Position numbers and translations under genes: made by a program
NCBI GenBank assembly: GCA_048539495.1
Contig: JBLYPS010000005.1
Span: forward strand, 11,473-75,472
Reading direction: 5' to 3'
From: Dehalococcoidia bacterium
Lineage (GTDB): Bacteria; Chloroflexota; Dehalococcoidia; SZUA-161; SpSt-899
Length of the DNA: 64,000 nucleotides
Shown here: piece by piece, positions 8,697 through 19,221 of the stretch
Layout of the letters: each line of letters begins with the position of its first letter
Position numbering within the stretch: the stretch's first letter is position 1
Notes under the pieces: generated by a model
What the model was told of the DNA's origin: nothing
Seen by the model: only the letters and a program-made list of their open reading frames with translations
Database searches by the model: none

Positions 8697-9917
8697 CTAC
8701 CTCGATAAACTTGGCGTCTGTGAGGTGTAGCCTTCCTCGCAAGTAGGGAAGATTTCTTTTAGTAGCAAGGTTCTGCCAGTTTGTATCGCAGTAAAGCCAT
8801 ACTTGTCGCGGATGCGGTCAATGGCTGTATTTAGTTGCTCTAGCCTTTGGGCTGATGAGTCAAACATATCTAGCTGCCTGCTTGGCTCAACCAGGTTAGA
8901 TACCCCAATGCCAATGAGGCGAACTGGCTGCTTTTCCTGGGCTAAGGCTTTGTTTAATAGCTCTAGCCCGGTGTCAAAGATGGTCTGGTCAGTATTGCTC
9001 GCTTGCTTTAAGGTACGGCTGCGGGTAATAGTGGTGAAATCAGCATATCTCAGCTTTAAGGTTACGCACCTGGTTTGCTTACCTCCCCGGCGCAGCTCGG
9101 CACCGACCCGTTCACTAAGATAACGGAATGTTGCCTCAAGTAAGGGGCGGTCTCTAGTATCTTTGTCAAAGGTAGTTTCTCGACTGATGGACCTGGCGGC
9201 ACCAGGGGGCTCTACTTTTCTATTATCAATGCCATTAGCATAGCGATGTAGAAGCTCACCGGAGGCACCAAAACGGCTTTTCAGGGCACTTAGCGGCATA
9301 ATAGATAGTTTACCGATAGTATTAATGCCTAAACCGCTTAGTATTTGTTCTGTCTTCTTGCCTACTCCGGGTAGTTTAGCAATGGGTAATGGTGCCAGGA
9401 AGGAGCGCTCTTCTCCCCGAGCTATTTCCAGTAAGCCGTCTGGCTTGGATAACTCAGAGGCAATCTTGGCTGCCACCTTACAGCTAGCGATGCCCACCGA
9501 GGCACAAAGCCCTAGTTCATCTTTTATCCGCTGCTTTATCGCTACCGCCATTTGCCAGATTGAGCCATAGATAGATTCAAAGCCAGTGGCATCCAGATAG
9601 ACTTCATCCAGGCTCACTGGTTCCAGAGAGGGCGAAAAATCAGCCAGGACAGAGATAAACCGTTGTGAAGCATCACGGTATTTGGGGAAGCTGCCCTCGA
9701 TGAAGGTAGCTTGAGGGCAGAGGCGGCTGGCAGTGGTAAGTGGCATACCAGCATGTAAACCGAAAGCCCGGGCTTCATATGAGGCGCAAGCAACTACCCC
9801 CCGTTTGTCAGGTCTGCCACCGACTACTACCGGTTTGCCCTGAAGCTCAGGATTCAGCGCTTGCTCTACCGAGACAAAGAAGGCATCAAGGTCTATGTGC
9901 ATAATAATTCGTGCCAT
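8697..9917 (-). CDS. dinB: DNA polymerase IV
   Basis: MARIIMHIDLDAFFVSVEQ, ACASYEARAFG, SLDEVYLD and IAKLPGVGKKT. Confidence 0.95.
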   Translation of the reverse strand: MARIIMHIDLDAFFVSVEQALNPELQGKPVVVGGRPDKRGVVACASYEARAFGLHAGMPLTTASRLCPQATFIEGSFPKYRDASQRFISVLADFSPSLEPVSLDEVYLDATGFESIYGSIWQMAVAIKQRIKDELGLCASVGIASCKVAAKIASELSKPDGLLEIARGEERSFLAPLPIAKLPGVGKKTEQILSGLGINTIGKLSIMPLSALKSRFGASGELLHRYANGIDNRKVEPPGAARSISRETTFDKDTRDRPLLEATFRYLSERVGAELRRGGKQTRCVTLKLRYADFTTITRSRTLKQASNTDQTIFDTGLELLNKALAQEKQPVRLIGIGVSNLVEPSRQLDMFDSSAQRLEQLNTAIDRIRDKYGFTAIQTGRTLLLKEIFPTCEEGYTSQTPSLSR

Positions 9918-9990
9918 TACGGCATCTCTCAGGACCATCCCCAATAGCGACCCGCGAAATTTACTTCTGTCAGTATGAACCCTTCTCGTT

Positions 9991-10725
9991 CTACCTCTCA
10001 ATCCATTCAATCAATTCACTGGACCACGCTTCGCCTATGGCTGCTTCCAGCGCTCTCTGTCCGGGATTTCTCACGTTCAACAGCGCCTCCAAAGTCCGAT
10101 CTTCGAGAGGATGCAGAAATCGGCACTGCTTGCGAAATGAAAGCAGCGTGTTACGTTCGCCGCCGTAGATAACGTAGTCTAATCGCCCGATGTGAGGCTC
10201 CAGTCGCTCTCTCACATGGGTGCACACCCGACTAAAGAAGAGCTCTATTTGCTTTTCCCGGTGTCTCTCAAATCGCCGCTGGGAAGACCCTCCCTTTTTG
10301 TGACGCGAGTGTATCAGGCCGGTTCCAACCTTGCTGGATACCAGCTCCTCGCCTTGAAATATCCCAATGGCATAGCTGCCCAGGCGCACCAGGATCAAAG
10401 CAATGGTGAATTCTTGTTGAAGGAGCGAACACAGCGGGTCTATATCAAGGCTGGCGGAGACTCGCCTTTGTGCAACCGGAAATGGCGGCAGCACCAGATA
10501 CCGGTGCTGCTCGCCCCAGAAGATCACTGCCCCTGTTTTGGAATTGGTAACCAATTTGGCCAGATCAGATGGCAACTCTTCGGGTGATATCCTTAGTATT
10601 TCCTCGATCTCAGCCATTGATGAGCGGGGAGGTAGGTACAGGGATGCCCCTGAGTCAGCAGCAGACTCATTGAGAAAGCGGAGCATTCCCGCCCTGCTAA
10701 GTCGGCGTCTATTCGATACTAGCAT
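9991..10725 (-). CDS. Actinobacteria/Chloroflexi VLRF1 (Vms1-like release factor) family protein
   Basis: ILVRLGSYAIGIF...SSKVG...HSRHKKGGSSQRRFERHRE, including the catalytic-type GxSQ motif. Confidence 0.8.
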   Translation of the reverse strand: MLVSNRRRLSRAGMLRFLNESAADSGASLYLPPRSSMAEIEEILRISPEELPSDLAKLVTNSKTGAVIFWGEQHRYLVLPPFPVAQRRVSASLDIDPLCSLLQQEFTIALILVRLGSYAIGIFQGEELVSSKVGTGLIHSRHKKGGSSQRRFERHREKQIELFFSRVCTHVRERLEPHIGRLDYVIYGGERNTLLSFRKQCRFLHPLEDRTLEALLNVRNPGQRALEAAIGEAWSSELIEWIER

Positions 10726-10761
10726 GAGACGTAACTACTCAGCCGGCAATTGATAACCACC

Positions 10762-10823
10762 GTAGCCGCAGGCTTTATGCCTGCGAAAGCCCCCGCAATC
10801 GCACCCGTAAAGGGTGCGGCTAC
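10762..10823 (+). repeat. GTAG-type REP-like double hairpin
   Basis: GTAGCCGCAGGCTTTATGCCTGCG...CGCACCCGTAAAGGGTGCGGCTAC. Confidence 0.7.
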
Positions 10824-11518
10824 TCCCTACCCATGTGGTCAGCAGCCTGGATATTGGCCCCGTGGTTCCCCTGCAAAGGCAGTCGATAGGAGAAGCCTTT
10901 TATCGGTTTTCCATGCAGATACGAGCCCAATGGCGAGTCAAATTCAGCCCATCTCTGAAATCCATACCGCTCATAGAACCAGAAACTTACGGTTTCGCTG
11001 GTGAACACGGAAAGAGCCTGAACGCCACATCGCACAGCATGCTGCACAAAACGGTCCATCAGCTTACGTCCGATACCCTGCCCCTGATATTTCGGAGAAA
11101 CCGCAAAATATTCAATCTTCCCCTCGCCGGGAGGAACTTTTCCCCTGAGCTCCTGCTCCTCACGCAGGAGGGGCCACAGCAATCTGACCAGCTTCTGGCG
11201 ACTCCCATATCGTCCGAGAAGAAACCGCCCCAATAGCGGAAGATATTTCTTCACCAAACAGCACTTATCAATCAAGGTGAAGTGACGCTCAATACGGCCA
11301 AAGATAAAGCCCGCTACCTCACCATCGATGACGGCCAGCTCGCTGTAAGTGGAAGTCCCATCACAGATCTCTACCGCTGCCTCGTAAATCTTGACTGTTG
11401 TCCCATTGAGCTTACGTTCGAGAGCACCAGCATCCAAAGCAAAAGCGGCCGCGCCGATGCTGGCGCAAGCGGGATAGTCCGCCCTATCGCAAGAACGAAA
11501 ATCAATATCAGTACTCAT
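10820..11518 (-). CDS. GNAT family N-acetyltransferase
   Basis: FAVSPKYQGQGIGRKLM (acetyl-CoA binding motif A) and FYERYGF. Confidence 0.85.
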   Translation of the reverse strand: MSTDIDFRSCDRADYPACASIGAAAFALDAGALERKLNGTTVKIYEAAVEICDGTSTYSELAVIDGEVAGFIFGRIERHFTLIDKCCLVKKYLPLLGRFLLGRYGSRQKLVRLLWPLLREEQELRGKVPPGEGKIEYFAVSPKYQGQGIGRKLMDRFVQHAVRCGVQALSVFTSETVSFWFYERYGFQRWAEFDSPLGSYLHGKPIKGFSYRLPLQGNHGANIQAADHMGRE

Positions 11519-11600
11519 TCGTAACTACCCAGCCACAGATCACACCAAGATCCTTGTCCTGAGCGAAGCCGAAGGAACAGAGAGATTCTCTCGACACCAT

Positions 11601-11649
11601 ATTACCCATTACCCATTACCCATCACCCATTACCCATCACCCATCACCC
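11601..11649. repeat. Intergenic heptamer tandem repeat (AT[T/C]ACCC)x7
   Basis: Seven copies read directly. Confidence 0.95.
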
Positions 11650-11743
11650 GCTCTCTCCATGGTAATTCTATCATTAGTCTCAAGTTTTGCAACAGCCTCG
11701 GAGGGAAATGTAAGGGGATTACAACAGATTCGCCCTGTGTCTG

Positions 11744-11772
11744 TTGACACGCCGCCGCAAATACATTAAACT
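11744..11772 (+). promoter_or_regulatory. Sigma70-type promoter of the thrS operon
   Basis: TTGACA-N17-TAAACT. Confidence 0.55.
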
Positions 11773-11862
11773 TATGGAGAGGGCCTTCATCTGGCACAGG
11801 CGGCAACCCCTCGCCATGATAAGATGGGGGCTTGAGGTGTCGTTGGTTCGGGATATTAGATA

Positions 11863-13611
11863 ATGCAGCAAGAGGAGAAAGCAGAGCGACTGGAGGCGAT
11901 GCGTCACTCGGCGGCCCATGTTATGGCTGAGGCAGTGCAGGCGCTCTTTCCTGACGTCAAGTTCGGCATCGGGCCGGCGACCGAAGATGGCTTCTATTAT
12001 GATTTCGAACTCCCCCGTCCCCTCACTCCCGACGACCTCAGCGTCATCGAGGAAAAGATGCGGGAATCCATCGCTGCCGATCTCCCCTTTGCTAAAGAAG
12101 AGGTGACGAAGGCGGCGGCACGCCCCATATTCCATTCCCAGCCCTATAAATTGGAGTTGATCGACGACCTTGAGGACGAGAAGGTTACTATTTACCGGCA
12201 GGGGCACTTCACCGATCTCTGTCGCGGGCCGCACCTGGGATCGACAGGAGAGCTAAAGGCTTTCAAATTGCTCAGCATCGCCGGCGCTTACTGGCGTGGC
12301 GATGAGCGGCGACCGATGATGCACCGGATTTAACGCGCGGCCTTCGAGACTGAGGCCGAGCTTGCGGATCACCTCAACAAGCTCGAAGAGGCAGCCAAGA
12401 GAGACCATCGCAAACTCGGACGTGACCTCGATCTCTTCAGCATCCATGAAGGGGTCGGGTCGGGTCTTGTCCTCTGGCATCCCGGGGGTGGACGCGTACG
12501 TGTGCTGATCGAGGACTACTGGCGCAAATTGCACTATGAAGGTGGGTACGAGATCGTCTTCACGCCGCACATCGGCCGGGCTCAACTGTGGGAGAGGTCG
12601 GGGCACCTCGACTTTTACAGGGACGGCATGTATTCGCCCATGGACATTGAGGGACAAGATTATTATGTAAAGCCGATGAACTGCCCCTTCCATATCATGA
12701 TCTACAAGTCGCAGACACGCTCCTACCGCGACCTGCCGTTGCGCTGGGCGGAATTGGGCACCGTTTATCGCTATGAGCGCAGCGGAACGCTGCGCGGGTT
12801 GATGCGCGTTCGTGGCTTTACACAGGACGATGCACACATCTTCTGCGCGCCGGAACAGGTCGAAGATGAGATCCTCCGCGTGTTGGACTTCAGCCTGAAC
12901 CTGCTGCGGGGCTTTGGATTTGAGGAGTTCAAACTCGAATTAAGTGTGCGCGACCCCGGAACGCCGGAAAAATACGCCGGCGATGATGTGATGTGGGAAC
13001 AGGCCGAGGCATCGCTGGTTGCGGCATTGGAAGCACGAAACCTGCCCTACGAGCGGATAGAAGGCGAGGCGGTTTTCTATGGGCCCAAGATTGATATCAA
13101 GATTAAAGACGCGCTGGAAAGAATGTGGCAATGCACCACGATCCAGTTCGACTTCAATTTGCCTGAACGGTTTGACATGGCCTATATAGGTGAGGACGGC
13201 AAAGGGCATTGGCCTTACATGATTCACCGGACGTTGCTGGGCAGCATGGAGCGATTCCTTGGCATCCTCGTAGAACACTATGGCGGCGCCTTTCCGGTAT
13301 GGCTGGCGCCGGTGCAGGTTAAAGTAATTCCCATAGCTGATCGCCATCTGGACTATGCCCAACAGGTTTGTAGTCGGTTGAGGGATGAGGGACTGCGTGT
13401 CGAAGTCGATGATCGCAAAGAGAGGATGAACCTGAAGATCAGAGAGGCGCAGCTAGCTAAAGTGCCTTATATGCTGATAGCAGGTGACGCCGAGGTCCAG
13501 GATTCCACCGTCGCTGTTCGCTTGCGAAACGGGGAGAATCTTAAGGCAGAATCACTGGGGGCATTTAAAGATCGGGTCAGGAATGCTATAATGTCTAAGC
13601 GAGGGCTTTGA
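11863..13611 (+). CDS. thrS: Threonyl-tRNA synthetase, interrupted by an in-frame TAA at 12331-12333
   Basis: MRHSAAHVMAEAV, DLCRGPH, AGAYWRGDE, RDHRKLG, KPMNCP, RVRGFTQDDAH and FYGPKID; both halves are in the same frame. Confidence 0.95.
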
Positions 13612-13638
13612 CTTACGGATAAAGAGAGGTGGTGGCGA

Positions 13639-14214
13639 ATAGCTAAGCAATATCGTTCCGTCCAACCAACCAAGCAATACCGCATAAACCAATGGATCAG
13701 GGCTAAAGAGGTGCGGGTGATCGGTGAGTCTGGCGAGCAATTGGGTGTGATGCCGCTTCTGGATGCTCGCCAAATGGCCAGGGAGCGTGATGTCGATCTG
13801 GTTGAAGTGGCTCCCACCGCGCAGCCGCCGGTCTGCCGCTTGATGGATTTCGGTAAGTTCAAGTATGAACAGGCCAAAAAGGAGCGCCAAGCCCACAAGA
13901 GTCAAAAGTCAACCGGGCTCAGGGAAGTCAGAATGCGTCCCAAGATTGGCCAGCATGATATTGATTTCAAAATTCGTTTAGTGAAGAAGCTCCTCGAAGA
14001 GGGGAACAAAGTCAAGATTCTGGTCATCTTCCGCGGACGTGAGATTGTCTACCCCCATTTAGGAAAGGCTCTGATGGAGGAAGTGATCGAATCCCTGGGA
14101 GAAGCAGCCAAAGTGGAAAGGGCTATCAGTATGGAGGGGCGGAGGATGATCGTGATTTTGTCACCGGGTAAACCAGGAAAAGGGGGCAAGAATGCCGAAA
14201 CTAAAAACCCGTAG
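13639..14214 (+). CDS. infC: Translation initiation factor IF-3 (ATA start)
   Basis: [40 protein letters not shown]; an in-frame ATA after GAGAGGTGG fits the known non-canonical infC start. Confidence 0.95.
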   Translation: MAKQYRSVQPTKQYRINQWIRAKEVRVIGESGEQLGVMPLLDARQMARERDVDLVEVAPTAQPPVCRLMDFGKFKYEQAKKERQAHKSQKSTGLREVRMRPKIGQHDIDFKIRLVKKLLEEGNKVKILVIFRGREIVYPHLGKALMEEVIESLGEAAKVERAISMEGRRMIVILSPGKPGKGGKNAETKNP

Positions 14215-14395
14215 CTCGCTGAAACGGCGGTTCCGTGTCACCGGCACGGGTAAGATCATGCGGGCCAAGATTGGCAAGAGCCATCTGCGTTACAAGAAGG
14301 CTAAACGAACCAAGCGTACCTATTCTCAAAGCCTTGAACTGCATCCGACAGATAGAAAACGAATGAAGAATGTCTTCCCTGGGGGGTTGAGATAA
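14192..14395 (+). CDS. rpmI: 50S ribosomal protein L35
   Basis: [22 protein letters not shown]; sits in the infC-rpmI-rplT operon. Confidence 0.95.
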   Translation: MPKLKTRSSLKRRFRVTGTGKIMRAKIGKSHLRYKKAKRTKRTYSQSLELHPTDRKRMKNVFPGGLR

Positions 14396-14462
14396 GGAGT
14401 AGCACCCGGCCTTCGGGTCGAGTGAGGATTGAAACAAGCAAACAAACAGATAAGGAGAAACC

Positions 14463-14816
14463 ATGCCACGAGTTAAAGGGGGAACAACCGCTCGACACCG
14501 TCACAAGAAGGTGTTGAAACTCACCAGGGGGCATAGAGCGACCAGTCACTCGCTTTATTGTCGAGCTCATGAGTCGATGCTCCATTCATTGAACTATGCC
14601 TACCGTCACCGCCGGGAGCGCAAGGGAGATATGCGACGACTGTGGATCGCTCGCATCAATGCGGCCGCCAGGGAGCATGACTTGCCTTATAACAAGTTCA
14701 TGCACGGTCTGATCGAAGCCGGTGTATCCCTCGACCGGAAGATGCTGGCCGATATGGCGGTGCGGGATTCCGCGGCCTTTGCCCAACTGGTGGGGATTGC
14801 CAAAGGGGCAGGATAA
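14463..14816 (+). CDS. rplT: 50S ribosomal protein L20
   Basis: [30 protein letters not shown] and [10 protein letters not shown]. Confidence 0.97.
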   Translation: MPRVKGGTTARHRHKKVLKLTRGHRATSHSLYCRAHESMLHSLNYAYRHRRERKGDMRRLWIARINAAAREHDLPYNKFMHGLIEAGVSLDRKMLADMAVRDSAAFAQLVGIAKGAG

Positions 14817-14842
14817 GGGTATTCCTTGAGTCAAATACTCCG

Positions 14843-14871
14843 AAAATGCCCCCTGAGTGGGGGCGTTTTTT
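14843..14871 (+). terminator. Rho-independent terminator after rplT
   Basis: AAAATGCCCCC-tgagt-GGGGGCGTTTTTT. Confidence 0.85.
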
Positions 14872-14878
14872 GTATATA

Positions 14879-16681
14879 GAGCGTGTCGCACAACAAGGGC
14901 GCATGACCACAATAATATCTTAAGGGCATAGAGCTCTTTTGGGTTGACAAGCACACTTCCTCTCTGATATAACTTGGGGTATGGAAACCCAAAACCCAGG
15001 AGGAAATCATGAGAGAACAAAGCCATTCTACATCATTAGGGCCCTCTTTGGCAACGGAAAAAGCAGAAAAAGGAGAGATCGTCTCCATCTATGTGGACTA
15101 CAATCACCCTCTGCTGCAACTCAAGCGGGCGCTCCCTTGGGAGGCTATTCGAGAGGTCATGGTCAGAAGGTGGAGGGCTGCGGGAAAAAATGTGGATGGC
15201 AAATCTGGGCTCTCCTGGGATGTCTCGTTATATGTGCCTATCTTGGCATTGATGTTAGTCAAGCATTTCAACTCCAGGGCGATGGAGGCGTATTTGGCCG
15301 AGAGCGTTGTAGCACGGGTGTTTATCTCGAAGCAGGACGATCCGACGCCTCAGGTTCGGGATCATTCCAACATCGCTCGGGCATATGCGGCGCTGGGGGA
15401 GGAGGGCCTGAAAGAGACCAACGAGCTTATCGTGAAGGAGTCGGTGCGCTTGGGATTTGGAGACCCCAGCGTCTTTTCGGGGGATACCACGGCTCAAGAG
15501 CTTCCAATTGGCTATCCCAACGAACCTGGAATCTTGAGGGGGATGGCGCAACGCTGCCTGAGAGCCCTGGGGAATCTCAAGAAGAAGGGTGTTCAAGGAG
15601 TAGAGCCCGCGATCGAGCAGGCCAAGACCGTGATAAGATCGGTCAAAGAACATCACCTGTTTGCCAAATGCAAGGAGGAGAAGCAGCAGATTTTAGCTCG
15701 GATCATCGAAGAGACCGAGCATCTGATGGAACAGACCACCCAGGTGGTCAAAAGCATCCCTCGGAGCACAGATCGCGTGAAGCAAGGAGCGATCAACAAG
15801 CTCAATACCATGAAAGAAGTGGCCACGCGGCTGATTCCGCAGATCATGCAATGGATGACCACCGGCGTGGTGGCCAAGGGAAAGATTCTGCATACTGGAC
15901 TCACCCAGGCGCGTGCAATTATCCGCAACAAGGCGGGGAAGAGGGTCGAATTTGGACTCCAGTATCTGATCAACCGGATAGGCGGGGGGTATCTCTTTGG
16001 CAGCCTCTTACTCTCTTCCCCAGACGAGTCGAAGATGCCGCTTCTTTCGCTGGTTGGTTACCGGGAGATATTTGGAGAGAAGGCGGTGCCGGAGTTATTT
16101 GTCTACGATCGTGGTGGATATGCACAAGCGACGCTAAAAAAGCTTGCGCAGGAGGGTGTCCGGAAGATCGGGATTCAGCCCAAGGGGAAAGGGGAATGGC
16201 TCGTTGCCGGGGAAGACCGGGAGAGAGTGAGAAGCGAGCGGGGAAAGATGGAAGGAAGCATCGGCACATTGAAGACAGAGAAATACGGGTTCAACAAGCC
16301 CAAGGAGCGAAAATGGGAGGTGCTTCAGGGGACAGGGCAGAGGTCTATGCTGTCGTTGAATCTGAACAAGCTCATGAGGGATCTGGCGAATTCCGAGAGG
16401 CGTGTGAAAGAGGCACAGATCTGAAGAGAAAAATGAACCGAAATGAGATAAATGTATCCTCTCAATATCTTGGGGATCAAACAGGCCGGATTCCCATGCC
16501 CGGCAATGCGGCGGCGTGGGAACCGCCCCTGCTTATTGAGAGGATGCAGATAAACCTTAGAGCAGGCTTGTCCTCGCGAAGGCGGGGATTGGAGAAAACT
16601 GGTAATGGTGGGTGAAAAGGGAACCTTCGGAAAGAGGGAAAAGTCACCTGTTCATCTTCAAACCAATTCTGCGACACGCTC
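14879..16681 (+). mobile_element. IS5-family-like insertion sequence (~1.8 kb)
   Basis: Perfect inverted ends GAGCGTGTCGCA / TGCGACACGCTC with TATATA on both flanks (target duplication). Confidence 0.85.
15009..16424 (+). CDS. DDE transposase, IS5-like
   Basis: HPLLQLKRALPW, DTTAQELPIGYPNE, KRVEFG and YDRGGY match the IS5-type DDE pattern; SD AGGAGG. Confidence 0.8.
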   Translation: MREQSHSTSLGPSLATEKAEKGEIVSIYVDYNHPLLQLKRALPWEAIREVMVRRWRAAGKNVDGKSGLSWDVSLYVPILALMLVKHFNSRAMEAYLAESVVARVFISKQDDPTPQVRDHSNIARAYAALGEEGLKETNELIVKESVRLGFGDPSVFSGDTTAQELPIGYPNEPGILRGMAQRCLRALGNLKKKGVQGVEPAIEQAKTVIRSVKEHHLFAKCKEEKQQILARIIEETEHLMEQTTQVVKSIPRSTDRVKQGAINKLNTMKEVATRLIPQIMQWMTTGVVAKGKILHTGLTQARAIIRNKAGKRVEFGLQYLINRIGGGYLFGSLLLSSPDESKMPLLSLVGYREIFGEKAVPELFVYDRGGYAQATLKKLAQEGVRKIGIQPKGKGEWLVAGEDRERVRSERGKMEGSIGTLKTEKYGFNKPKERKWEVLQGTGQRSMLSLNLNKLMRDLANSERRVKEAQI

Positions 16682-16763
16682 TATATAGGAGAAATAAAAG
16701 GTTCATTCATATAAATGCTACACCTTAGGCAGCGCATTCACACAGATAACTAAACCCCATGAG

Positions 16764-17210
16764 GTGGCATGCAGAAACGAGCTTCTTGAACCTGGCTATC
16801 TTTACTCCGGTCTACCCACATTAACCGATGCAGATAAGAAGACAGACATTCACAATAACTTTGTGGCGTGTCTCGACGGACGACTAGTCAATTCAAAGTT
16901 GTACTACTCCCTCGACCTCGCGCCTTGGGCAGGCGAGGACAAGATAGCCGAATATCTTACTACCAAACAGAATCGGCTTTTTGACGAGGATGACCCGCGC
17001 TGTCATGTTTTCATCTTCTGCTGGGGAGATGTCTCAGTCGTCGTCACAATGAGGTTTAGAGATGGAGAAGGTCCTATCGATATTCAACGGATAGCCGAAG
17101 CCGATGAGCACACCCATCCTCTTAAAAGGCTTTTTCATCACGAAACTCTTGAATTGTCTGAGAACACCCGGCTGGACGTCACTCCTTGTAAACCATTTCC
17201 TGATGATTGA
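16764..17210 (+). CDS. Hypothetical protein
   Basis: 148-aa ORF with protein-like composition; family not recognised. Confidence 0.4.
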   Translation: MACRNELLEPGYLYSGLPTLTDADKKTDIHNNFVACLDGRLVNSKLYYSLDLAPWAGEDKIAEYLTTKQNRLFDEDDPRCHVFIFCWGDVSVVVTMRFRDGEGPIDIQRIAEADEHTHPLKRLFHHETLELSENTRLDVTPCKPFPDD

Positions 17211-17259
17211 TCAAGGATACCGTGGAAGCAACAATCCGTCAGAATGTGCTATTTTCGCT

Positions 17260-17397
17260 GACAATTTACAAGCTGGCGTAGCCACAATGTCCATCAAAGA
17301 CCTGGGTAGATGGGAATCATTGGAGATAGCACAAAGATATACGAGACCTGCAAGTTTCAGTGATAGCTTGAAGTTTCGTAAGGTGCCTCTGTCGTAA
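17260..17397 (+). pseudogene. Tyrosine recombinase C-terminal remnant
   Basis: LQAGVATMSIKDLGRWESLEIAQRYTRPASFSDSLKF resembles the LG(R/H)W...RYT catalytic-Tyr end of integrases; the N-terminus is absent. Confidence 0.65.
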
Positions 17398-17569
17398 GAT
17401 GTGCGGTTGAGATTAGTTACTATAACCTCATCTTTTCGATTAAGATAATGCCCCCTCCCTTGCGGGAGTCGGGTCGGGGCAGGGACGCATAAACATTGAC
17501 ATTCCATCAAACCGTATGTATACTAGTCACGCGAGCGTAAATGCACAATAAGTAACTGCGGTCTGCTTT

Positions 17570-18376
17570 GTGGTGAAGCGAATGTCTCAACAAGATAAAC
17601 CTGATCCCCAACCACTTAGTGCATGGCATATTGGGGGGCTAAGACTTACGGCTTTTGCTATTTCAGATGCTCCAGTGAAGGCCCGCGAGTGGTGGCAGGT
17701 TCTCATGGGTGAACCCCCAGAAACCAGCATCACGCGGCCCAGGGAGAGTATGCAAAGAGACGAAGGTCCATACTACGGCGGTACGTTGATCAACCAAGTG
17801 CAACTAAATCGGATCGATTGGTTGCTGAACCCAGCACCCGGTCAGGGACCCGGAGATATAGGCTTTCCACCGAGCGCTCCATTCCCTGAGTTGCTCGATT
17901 CATTTACTCAACTTATGATCCGATGGCTTGATCCTGAAGTGTGTCCTGCGCTACAACGCCTGGCGTTCGGAGCTATCCTGTACCTTCCTGTGGATAGCAG
18001 GGTGGAAGGCTACCGGCAATTGTCAGCTTATCTTCCCTCCGTTGTTTTGGACGTCGAGGGTTCGTCAGACTTTGTGTACCGGATCAATCGACCTAGAAAA
18101 TCCGCTTCTGGGATCTCTGGCCTTAAAGTGAATCGCCTTTCCAAATGGACTGTAGTCACCAGTGCATTATTTGAGCAGATGATCGATCTCTCCGAGGGAT
18201 CACCATCATCTGGGGACTTCGGCAGAACGAAGCAATCGTTCGCTTGTCAGTTGGAGTTGGATATTAACACGCAGCCGGGCTTGCAAAAGCCATTGCCGCA
18301 ACAGCAACTGACGCAAGTTTTCGAAGAGCTAGTGAATCTCGGAAAGGAAATTGCTGTGAGGGGAGATATCCCGTGA
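17570..18376 (+). CDS. Hypothetical protein, TIGR04255-like; first gene of a coupled three-gene operon
   Basis: RIDWLL, LQRLAFGAIL, YRINRPR, NRLSKW and LELDINT resemble that family from memory; GTGA overlap with the next gene. Confidence 0.55.
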   Translation: MVKRMSQQDKPDPQPLSAWHIGGLRLTAFAISDAPVKAREWWQVLMGEPPETSITRPRESMQRDEGPYYGGTLINQVQLNRIDWLLNPAPGQGPGDIGFPPSAPFPELLDSFTQLMIRWLDPEVCPALQRLAFGAILYLPVDSRVEGYRQLSAYLPSVVLDVEGSSDFVYRINRPRKSASGISGLKVNRLSKWTVVTSALFEQMIDLSEGSPSSGDFGRTKQSFACQLELDINTQPGLQKPLPQQQLTQVFEELVNLGKEIAVRGDIP

Positions 18377-19221
18377 GCCAAGCCACTGAGACCGCCATGG
18401 AAGTCGCGGAGACAGGTTTGTACATCGATGAACCTGGCAGGACTGATCTAGAGTTCTACAACAAACTATGGGAGTCCTACCATAAACCATGGCGATCCCC
18501 GTTAAAAGCCGTAGATGCACGCACAGACTATCCGAGGGATAGACCAGGTGAAATCTCTCAGAATGTTGTGCGGTTAGTCCTTCATGGTAGTGGTGCGTCA
18601 AGGCAGGTTATACCTGCGTTGATTTGTTCTGTTGACACAACAATGACATGGCCAGTGCCTACAGTCGGTTCCGGGAAAGCGCTGGTATATGCAAACTTGA
18701 TCCAAGAAGGTGCTGCAGAGGAATCAGCGGAGGGGTCGGTAAACCTTACGACAGAACTAAAACACCCAGGGGACATCAATCAGCTAGTTGATGCTGCCTT
18801 CAAGGAAGCTATAGAGCAGGATTTCGAAGATGGCATGGAGAGCGAGTTTTCACGGAGACTCCCTTCTCTGCTCCGCAATTACGGCATTTTTGCGGTACAA
18901 GAAATAGCCCATGTGATTACGCGAGGGAGGGTTAATTCTGAGGTCGCGTCTGAGGCTTTGCGTTGGCTAGGTCGTATGGATGATCCTGCAACCCATAGCT
19001 CGCGTCTGTGGCTCCTCGAGAAAAGTCTCGCTTCGACATCGGCACAGGTACGTGACGGCGCTGCCTTGGGCTTGGCCTCTATGGATGATCCGGATGCCAT
19101 ACCTTCCGTCAAGCGGGCTATTGAAAGAGAAAACTACATTGAGCTGCGTAAGGATATGAAGCAGGTTTTGGAAGATCTGGAGGCCACTCGCAGTGCCACT
19201 TTTGCTAAGGTTCATACGTAA
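18373..19221 (+). CDS. Hypothetical protein with C-terminal HEAT-like repeats
   Basis: VASEALRWLGRM...VRDGAALGLASMDDPDAIPSVKRAIERE. Confidence 0.65.
   Translation: MSQATETAMEVAETGLYIDEPGRTDLEFYNKLWESYHKPWRSPLKAVDARTDYPRDRPGEISQNVVRLVLHGSGASRQVIPALICSVDTTMTWPVPTVGSGKALVYANLIQEGAAEESAEGSVNLTTELKHPGDINQLVDAAFKEAIEQDFEDGMESEFSRRLPSLLRNYGIFAVQEIAHVITRGRVNSEVASEALRWLGRMDDPATHSSRLWLLEKSLASTSAQVRDGAALGLASMDDPDAIPSVKRAIERENYIELRKDMKQVLEDLEATRSATFAKVHT

Noticed and set aside
11601-11649. CRISPR array (here or at the 42-bp and intergenic repeats)
   Set aside because: The repeats are contiguous heptamers, coding repeats, or separated by whole genes; there are no unique ~30-40-bp spacers and no cas genes.
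11773-11862. T-box riboswitch upstream of thrS
   Set aside because: The leader is only ~90 nt and lacks the T-box consensus and a terminator.
13639-13641. ATA start of infC as a novelty
   Set aside because: Non-canonical infC starts are established autoregulation; recorded as a feature only.
14826-14844. HAIR-like CTTGAGT-CAAAT-ACTCCGA
   Set aside because: The spacer is 5 nt rather than 7, the right arm is mismatched, and it lies downstream of rplT rather than at a heat-shock promoter.
16690-17600. Duplicated tRNA-Asp 3' end marking the island's left boundary
   Set aside because: No match to TGGCGACCCCGAGGGG was found by eye, so the boundary is left unassigned.
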